Of a stretch of 34,811 bases of DNA, positions 28,084-34,811 are shown in pieces (position 1 is the first letter of the stretch; the number at the start of each line of letters is the position of its first letter). A program made the translations under genes and the position numbers. This stretch comes from an uncultured archaeon (GTDB lineage: Archaea > Asgardarchaeota > Lokiarchaeia > Sigyniarchaeales > SOKP01): the NCBI GenBank assembly GCA_964388035.1, contig CAYLZE010000049.1, positions 1-34,811 of the forward strand, given 5' to 3'. The notes beneath the pieces are model-generated. The model was not told where the DNA came from and made no database searches. It saw only the letters and a list, made by a program, of their open reading frames with translations.

Positions 28084-28782
28084 TTATACCTCCCGAATCA
28101 TTAATTTTTTAGAATCAGAAAGGCATGGAAAAAGGAGGGAATAATAAGGAGTTTTAATATAAAAAGTAAGTGATTTTTTAAAATAGGAAGAAGTAATAAG
28201 AAAAATCAGATTAGAATCTTTCTTATTTCTAAATTTAGATACTTTTTTAAGCTTATAATTATCAATTACTCTTGTAATTTTCTTTTTTGTCGAAAGGGAA
28301 AGAAAACTTTTATTCCATTCAAATTCATATCCAACTTTATTTTCATCATCCAATGGAGCACCTATCAATTCAGGGATGATTCCAAATATGTTATACTGGC
28401 CCAAATATTGAGGTTCGGATTCCTCTTGGATCTCCCGAATGCAATCTTCATCACTAAAATTTAAAAATGTCCTTTTCACAAAACAATGATAAAAACAAGC
28501 ATCAATATAACAATATAAATGAGCAAAAAGAATAATGTCAATTAATTGTCCAAGGCTAAATTGGAATGAATGATATTCTGCGGGCAAGAAGAACAATAGA
28601 TTAAGATAAGGAAGATCAGGAAAAAATATAGATTGGCCAGAAACAAAATAATTATTCAAATATGAAATTATAATTAAATCATCGACTAGAGAGAGATATA
28701 TGAAAGTGATTGGCAAGCAAGAAAAACTGAATATAAATATTAAAATTATTTTTGATAATCTATATTTCTCTTGAACAAGCAT
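28084..28782 (-). CDS. Hypothetical membrane-associated protein
   Basis: 232-aa non-overlapping ORF with N-terminal hydrophobic segments and an upstream GAGTGA. No family recognised. Confidence 0.6.
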   Translation of the reverse strand: MLVQEKYRLSKIILIFIFSFSCLPITFIYLSLVDDLIIISYLNNYFVSGQSIFFPDLPYLNLLFFLPAEYHSFQFSLGQLIDIILFAHLYCYIDACFYHCFVKRTFLNFSDEDCIREIQEESEPQYLGQYNIFGIIPELIGAPLDDENKVGYEFEWNKSFLSLSTKKKITRVIDNYKLKKVSKFRNKKDSNLIFLITSSYFKKSLTFYIKTPYYSLLFPCLSDSKKLMIREV

Positions 28783-29245
28783 GGAACAATCACTCGCTAT
28801 TTATTCTTAGTAACTTAAATTCTTCTCTACTACAAATTGAACTCGTACTTTTTATTATAATTAATGTTTTTAAAATAATTTTTAGTTCTACTACTATTTA
28901 AATTTTTATTATTAGAATTTATAAGCCTCGGAAATTATTTTAAATGTCCACATATCTTAAATTGCTCCATGCATCGCATGGATATTCTCAATCAAGAATT
29001 AGACTATGCCTTTAATCTACATTAGTAAATTACTTATCAACGGTATTCCAAATGATTATTATATTTAAAAATAATCAACGAATTTTTTTCATTTATTTTC
29101 ATAAAACACAGGTAAATAGTAGCGATGGAGATTTAAGGATTCCCGTTCACGTGTTAATAGAACATTGATTATTATAAAAAAAAATCTAATATCTTCAATT
29201 AATTAGAAAAATACAAATAGAGGAGGATAAAAGAAAAGGGTTCAT

Positions 29246-31198
29246 TCATTCTTTTCTTAATTTTGGTTTAGCCATGATGTAGCCGCACTTCGGGCATATC
29301 AAATACATGCGGAATTCCTTCATGCTATTAAAGAAACTTGCACCAAGAATTCCTGCAGGAAGAGTAAAGAGAGAAACTCCAAGGAATGCAAAACAAATCG
29401 TAGCCAACCTTCCCGCGGTGGTTATTGGATAGATATCACCAAATCCAGTTGTTGTAAATGTTATTACTCCAAACCATAACGTTGCGGGAATATTTTTAAA
29501 TTTCTCGGGTTGAGCATCTTTTTCTAAATGATAAATTACTGTAGATGCAATAATGAGGAAAAGAACACAAAGGAGAAGAGTGGTAAAAAATTCCTTTTTC
29601 GAGTACTTGACGATTGAACCAATTACATCAAAAACTGCAAGAAAATGACCAATTTGAAAGACTACGAACATGCGGAGAGCTAACAAAATGGGAATCCCCA
29701 TTGGAAATGCAAAAAATAATAAGACCGTTAGATAAAGCGCTATGAGGTAGATCAAATCCATTACACCCAAAAAGCTTCGCATGTAATTTAACCTTCCCAA
29801 CTTTGGATCTTGGTATTTTTTATCATCAGAAGCAACCACACTCCAAATTCTTAGTATATATTCTATAGTAAATGCTGCTACTGAAATTAATAATACAACA
29901 AATATCACGATCCGATTCTCTTGATAAAGTATTGGATTAGTTTCTGCCATGATTGCTAAGACGTTTAACGTGATAAGGGTTGAAAAAAATACAAAAATGA
30001 AGAATTGTAGTAAGTTTCGAGGGTATCTAAATTCAAGGTTTTGAAAAAACATTTTTTGAATTATAAAAATATCATCTTCTGGAGATTCTTGAGTCTTTTC
30101 CACTTCTTCCAGTGCTTGTGTAATAATTTTTGGTTTTCTTCCTTTAGTTTTTGCGAAGAGATCTCGCAATAATTGATTCCGATCAATGACTTTATGACAA
30201 TTAGGACAAGCTTCAAATTGGGGGTTTCTTGATTGAATTTCATCCACAAACCCAGAACCTATGACGCTAGCGGGTAATAAGAACAACGTGATACCCATAA
30301 CGGAAATAACGGAAGAAACTAATTTGCCCATCGTTGTAACTGGTACAATCTCTCCATAACCTATAGTAAATAAATTTATCGCAGTAAACCACATTGAGCT
30401 AAATAAATTTGTAAAAACTGTTGGTTGAGCATCATGCTCTGCGAGAAATACTAACACGGATCCCAAAAACATTAAAAGCATTGATAACATGAAAGTTATT
30501 AACAATTCTTCTTTTTTGTCTTTAATTACCGAAAATATAACATCAAAGGATTGTGAATATCTTACTAACTTAAAAAATACTATCAAATGGAGAATTCTTA
30601 CCCATCCACGCTGCGGATTATCCATCGAAATTACCAGACCAAGAAAAATTGACACCACGCTAAATAAATCTACCATTGGAAGGAAATTAAACATGTATTT
30701 AAGGCGCTTAAATTTCACGTCTTTGTACTTAGGGTTAATATCACAGATCCAAACTCGTAAAATTAATTCCACACTAAAAATACATAAAGCAATTATTTCA
30801 ATAGTTTTTAGAACGAGAAAATAATCATTTTGAATGTAATCAACAGTTTCGAATAAAATGGTAAATCCACTGGCGAGTGATGTGATTATGAATAATATTG
30901 ATAAGAGGGTTGAGGGTAAATCTGAGAATCTTGTTAAATTTAATAAGGTATAAATTTTAATTTTAATTATTTGAAAAGATTTATTCGTCCTTTTAGTTCC
31001 TTGCGATGAAGAGATTAATTGACTTTCAGATTGTGCCATTAGTGAATTTTGGCTGACGATTTCCTTTTGGTTTGATTTCTTAGGGATATCTTTTAAATCA
31101 TTTAATTTTTTTAACGCGTTTTGATGAAATTTACTATTAATATGACTAAGGGAATCAGGATTTTCTAATTCTTTTCCACAAATTAAACATTTAGGCAA
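29246..31198 (-). CDS. Tandem-duplicated (2x6TM) voltage-gated-type potassium channel with N-terminal C2H2-like zinc finger
   Basis: Two ion-transport repeats (FSVELILRVW / FTIEYILRIW; EHDAQP / EKDAQP). Filters are TIGYGE and TTGFGD, and each repeat is followed by CPxC. The N-terminus reads CLIC-x11-HINSKFH. TTG start with GAGG upstream. Confidence 0.9.
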   Translation of the reverse strand: MPKCLICGKELENPDSLSHINSKFHQNALKKLNDLKDIPKKSNQKEIVSQNSLMAQSESQLISSSQGTKRTNKSFQIIKIKIYTLLNLTRFSDLPSTLLSILFIITSLASGFTILFETVDYIQNDYFLVLKTIEIIALCIFSVELILRVWICDINPKYKDVKFKRLKYMFNFLPMVDLFSVVSIFLGLVISMDNPQRGWVRILHLIVFFKLVRYSQSFDVIFSVIKDKKEELLITFMLSMLLMFLGSVLVFLAEHDAQPTVFTNLFSSMWFTAINLFTIGYGEIVPVTTMGKLVSSVISVMGITLFLLPASVIGSGFVDEIQSRNPQFEACPNCHKVIDRNQLLRDLFAKTKGRKPKIITQALEEVEKTQESPEDDIFIIQKMFFQNLEFRYPRNLLQFFIFVFFSTLITLNVLAIMAETNPILYQENRIVIFVVLLISVAAFTIEYILRIWSVVASDDKKYQDPKLGRLNYMRSFLGVMDLIYLIALYLTVLLFFAFPMGIPILLALRMFVVFQIGHFLAVFDVIGSIVKYSKKEFFTTLLLCVLFLIIASTVIYHLEKDAQPEKFKNIPATLWFGVITFTTTGFGDIYPITTAGRLATICFAFLGVSLFTLPAGILGASFFNSMKEFRMYLICPKCGYIMAKPKLRKE

Positions 31199-31420
31199 TT
31201 ATAATCCTCATTATTCTTTTAAATTAATTTTACTAGTAATGTAAATATTATTTAAATATTTCAAATTGGTATTAATTCGAAATTTACTCATAAAAAGATT
31301 GAATACGAGTGACAAATCCCCCATAAATTTAATAATCAAAATAAGAGAAGAGGAAAAAATTATTTCTCTAAATTAGTGGAAAGTAATTCTACATTATCAA
31401 CTTGATAATTTAAATTATCT

Positions 31421-33862
31421 TTATCTCCTAAATCTAATATCGCTATGGTTTATCAATTTATATACTCGTACTTTCAAGAAGTCCGTAATTAGAAATAGAA
31501 TGAAAGCATAAGCCCAAACAAATCCCGCTAATGCCCATCCCATAGGTGGTAACAAGAATCCATACACCGTGATTAACGTAGCAATAAATTGGGTGATTAC
31601 TATTGCTAAAAACAAAATCTTGGCCGGCCTTCTAGACCAGAACGGTCCTTTTGTTCTCGCTACGAAAATCGTCAAATGTCCTGCAACTGATAACTTTAAA
31701 TAAATGAAGGATTGCAATACGTCAGAACTTAAATGAAAAATTTCAAGTCCAATATAGAAAATTCCAAATGATGAAAATACACCTATTATTCCCAAATATG
31801 TTGCAATTGATAATAATTCTCTCATATTCCATCTTTGCGGTCTATTATCAAATCTAACCTTATCATATGAAATTGTGATAATCGGAATGTCATTCAAAAT
31901 TGCTAAAAGAACGATCATGAGGGCTGTTACAGGATAAAAACCGAAAATGATAATTGCAAGAGTAATAAAAAATAAAATTCGAAGGGTTTCTGCAATTCTA
32001 TAAATAGCATAATTTGTCATGCGTTGAAAAATTTTACGGCTTTCTTGTATTGCATCTATCGTTACCGAAATGCCAGGTTTTGTGAGGACTATATCCGCTG
32101 CCGATTTCGCAGCATCGGTAGATCCCGACACCGCTATTCCTGCATCGGCCTTCTTAAGTGCAGGAGAATCATTCACTCCATCTCCTGTCATACCGACAAC
32201 ATGACCTTTTTTCTGTAATAATTCTACTAAACGATATTTATGTTCAGGGAAGAATTGCGCAAATCCATCTGCAACCTCTACGATTCTTTTAGCATCATGA
32301 TCACTTAAATTTATGAAAGAAGATGCAGGTATGATATTTTGACCTAAATTTACTTTCCCTGCAATTTCTTTAGCGATTGCGACGTGATCCCCCGTAACCA
32401 TCTTGACATTGATTCCCATTGATTGTGCTGTCTTTATGGTCTCAGCAGAATCTTCTCGAGGAGGATCAAATAATGCTATTAGACCAACGAGATTCCATCT
32501 TCCCATTTCATCTGTTTTAATCACACCCAATGCTCTATATCCCCGACTTGCAAAATTATTGACAGTCGTATTAACCTCATTTTCCAGTGTTCCTTTATTA
32601 TAACATAGCGAAAGCATTACTTGGGGTGCTCCTTTGCTAACTTTTATGGGTTTACTATTTTTTATTAAAATACTTTCGGTTCGTTTGCTAATCGGATCAA
32701 AAGGAATAAATTTTTCTAACGTGAAATTTTTTAGATTATCTTGAACTTCCTTAAAACGCTTTCCTTCATTGATAATGGCATTATCGATAGGATCTTGATC
32801 CTCTTCTCTAGATGCAAGAATAGAATAGAGTAAAACATCATTTTGATTAAAATCGTCATAAGTATGAATATCGCCCACAGTTAATTCATTTTTAGTTATA
32901 GTTCCAGTTTTATCAGAGCATAAAACATCCATGCTTGCCAACTCTTCAATTGCTACTAACTTGCTTACTATTGCTTCTTTCCTTGCCAATGCCATGGCGC
33001 CAATAGCTAAGGTCACTGAAAGTACTGCGGGCAATGCAGCTGGAATTCCAGATACCATCAAAATTAAAGCGAATTGAAGGGTTGTGAGAAGTCTTTCATG
33101 TCTAAACAAAGAAACTATAAAAATTATTAAAACCATGGCGATGGCGAGTGTTATCAAATAATTTCCTATCTTTAAAACAGCTCGCTGAAAATGGCTCACA
33201 GTTTTAGCTTCTCCAACAAGTTTGGCAGTTTTTCCAAAAAAAGTATTAAGTGCAGTATTTGTCACGAGTGCGTCCATTTCTCCTTGTTTTACGATAGTAC
33301 TTGCATAAACTTCATCCATTTTATGTTTTTCTACAGGTAAAGATTCTCCTGTTAAAGCGGACTCATCTAATAATAAATAATCCCCTTCTACGGGTTTAAT
33401 ATCAGCAGGAACAATATCCCCAAGACGAACACGTATATAATCACCGGGCACTAATTCACGGGAGGGCAATACACACCATTTTCTGTCCCTTAAAACACGG
33501 GCATGTAGGGCTAATCGTTGCTTTAATAAAGCAATTGCATTATCAGCTTTATGTTCCTCCCAAAACCGGATTATTGCATTAACTAATAGCAACGATAAAA
33601 TTATTATGAAGTCATCTAATTGCTGATCTATGATTGACATTATTACAGCAGCTTCAATCATCCAAGGAATAGGTCCCCAGAAATTTTTCAAAAGTTTAAA
33701 AATTGCTCTTTCTTTCTTTTCTGGGATTTCATTCGGCCCAAATTGTTCAAGACGTTCAATAGCTTCTTCTGATGTTAATCCTTTCTTAAGTTCAGATAAT
33801 TCACAAACCAATTCGGTTTCATGTCCTTTCACATCTCTAGATTTAATTTTTATAGAACTCAT
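31421..33862 (-). CDS. P-type ATPase, P3A plasma-membrane proton-efflux type
   Basis: TGES, GIPAALP, DKTGT, KGAP, DPPR, TGD, GDGVND and the P3A-diagnostic AILND. FWGPIPWMIEAA near the N-terminus. ATG at 33862 preferred to TTG at 33877. Confidence 0.93.
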   Translation of the reverse strand: MSSIKIKSRDVKGHETELVCELSELKKGLTSEEAIERLEQFGPNEIPEKKERAIFKLLKNFWGPIPWMIEAAVIMSIIDQQLDDFIIILSLLLVNAIIRFWEEHKADNAIALLKQRLALHARVLRDRKWCVLPSRELVPGDYIRVRLGDIVPADIKPVEGDYLLLDESALTGESLPVEKHKMDEVYASTIVKQGEMDALVTNTALNTFFGKTAKLVGEAKTVSHFQRAVLKIGNYLITLAIAMVLIIFIVSLFRHERLLTTLQFALILMVSGIPAALPAVLSVTLAIGAMALARKEAIVSKLVAIEELASMDVLCSDKTGTITKNELTVGDIHTYDDFNQNDVLLYSILASREEDQDPIDNAIINEGKRFKEVQDNLKNFTLEKFIPFDPISKRTESILIKNSKPIKVSKGAPQVMLSLCYNKGTLENEVNTTVNNFASRGYRALGVIKTDEMGRWNLVGLIALFDPPREDSAETIKTAQSMGINVKMVTGDHVAIAKEIAGKVNLGQNIIPASSFINLSDHDAKRIVEVADGFAQFFPEHKYRLVELLQKKGHVVGMTGDGVNDSPALKKADAGIAVSGSTDAAKSAADIVLTKPGISVTIDAIQESRKIFQRMTNYAIYRIAETLRILFFITLAIIIFGFYPVTALMIVLLAILNDIPIITISYDKVRFDNRPQRWNMRELLSIATYLGIIGVFSSFGIFYIGLEIFHLSSDVLQSFIYLKLSVAGHLTIFVARTKGPFWSRRPAKILFLAIVITQFIATLITVYGFLLPPMGWALAGFVWAYAFILFLITDFLKVRVYKLINHSDIRFRR

Positions 33863-34213
33863 AATACCGATTTGCAATGTTTTAAATTTTATTGGAAAAT
33901 TAATTAGATTAATCTAATAAAGTTAATGTCTCATTTTTATTTGTAAAGAATTTGAACATAATTGGTTAATTTATTATTCAAATTTTATAAAATAAAGTTT
34001 ACGAGGAAAAATATTATATCTAAACCATTCTTATTAAGAGAAATGATGAAATTTCTCCCGGAATTTTATTTTCTCGCTAAATTATGAAATTATAATTCAT
34101 CATGATTGGTATAAATGAATTTAGAAATGGAGAACTTAAATGTAAAAAGATTTTTGGGGTTATTTATTATAAGGTTAAAATATATAAAATAATAAAATTA
34201 TAAGGATGATCAT

Positions 34214-34811
34214 TTGAATTCAAGAGAGAGGGTAATTACTTCCTTAAATCATGAAGAACCCGATATGGTCCCTCTCGATTTAGGAGGGAACCAGTCTGGA
34301 ATCCATATCAAGGCTTATGTAAAATTATTAAATTATCTAGGTATTGAGGATGAAGAAATTCAGACCTATGATTTTGTCCAGCAACTTGCAGTTCCTTGTG
34401 AAGAATTACTTAAGAAATTTCAAATAGATACTCGTTATATTCGTCCCCTGGGAGGGATGGTAAAAATTGATGATTTTAAACCTCAATATGAAGGGAAATA
34501 TGTAGGAGTATATGACCAATTCGGCGTGTTTTGGGGCAATTATGCAGATAAAGATGTAAAGGATATTTTATATTATGATCCCGTCATTCATCCTTTTGCA
34601 GATTTTAAAACAATACAAGAAATTGAAAATTATGATTGGCCAGATGGAAAGGATAAGTCCCCTTTTAAAGGATTAAAAGAACATACAAAAAAGCTAAGAG
34701 AAGAAACCGATTATGCGTTAGTTACTCCCCCAACAGGTTGTATATATGAATATACCACCTTTTTATTTGGGTTTACTAAGGTTTTAAGATATTTGCGCAG
34801 AAAACCCGAAT
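34214..34811 (+). CDS. Uroporphyrinogen decarboxylase (URO-D)/MtaA-CmuA methyltransferase superfamily protein (runs off the right edge)
   Basis: Not in the ORF track. From TTG at 34214 it reads MNSRERVITSLNHEEPDMVPLDLGG...DQFGVFW...HPFAD...ENYDWPD, the typical N-terminus of this family. Confidence 0.8.
   Translation, partial: MNSRERVITSLNHEEPDMVPLDLGGNQSGIHIKAYVKLLNYLGIEDEEIQTYDFVQQLAVPCEELLKKFQIDTRYIRPLGGMVKIDDFKPQYEGKYVGVYDQFGVFWGNYADKDVKDILYYDPVIHPFADFKTIQEIENYDWPDGKDKSPFKGLKEHTKKLREETDYALVTPPTGCIYEYTTFLFGFTKVLRYLRRKPE

Noticed and set aside
29246-31198. Direct orthology to eukaryotic TPC or K2P channels
   Set aside because: The GYG/GFG filters are unlike TPC filters, and the 6TM repeats are unlike K2P (2TM) repeats. 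Only the architecture is analogous.
3331-33917. Short antisense or alternate-frame ORFs in the track (e.g. 3331, 4598, 4787, 5873, 6101, 8074, 9192, 10178, 12307, 13137, 13818, 15808, 16818, 16960, 19677, 20769, 23119, 24172, 24288, 26019, 27156, 30061, 30489, 32024, 32403, 33630)
   Set aside because: All overlap well-supported genes and show no recognisable motifs, so they are shadow ORFs.
34214-34811. URO-D-family gene as B12 supplier to the cluster
   Set aside because: The gene is partial, the family is functionally broad, and it is separated from the cluster by unrelated genes.
1-34811. CRISPR arrays, tRNA/rRNA, IS elements, integrases
   Set aside because: No regularly spaced repeats, GC-rich structured RNA segments or transposase motifs were seen by eye. 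Small ncRNAs cannot be excluded without Infernal/tRNAscan.

Overview
AT-rich (roughly 30% GC by eye), gene-dense prokaryotic DNA. It looks archaeal: TATA/BRE-like promoters, GGTGA/GGAG ribosome sites, many GTG/TTG starts and oligo-T terminators. The gene families are typical of Asgard/Lokiarchaeia genomes, but that assignment is inference. The core (about 2.2-27.8 kb) is an apparent membrane-lipid or glycoconjugate tailoring region. It holds five cobalamin-binding (class B) radical SAM enzymes, two LuxE-like acyl-protein synthetases (no luxC in the window), two GT2 glycosyltransferases, a CDP-alcohol phosphotransferase, a CE4 deacetylase, a membrane-anchored hexapeptide acyltransferase, a PHP-glycoside hydrolase fusion and a divergent TetR regulator. 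A tandem array of five zinc-ribbon membrane-protein paralogs interrupts it. The left flank has a partial 3-hydroxyacyl-CoA dehydrogenase, a LUD-domain pseudogene, a GNAT and a C5-DNA-methyltransferase remnant. The right flank has an internally duplicated (2x6TM) K+ channel with zinc motifs, a P3A H+-ATPase and a partial URO-D-family gene. No rRNA, tRNA, CRISPR array or mobile element was recognised. All family calls come from motif recognition by eye; no searches were run.
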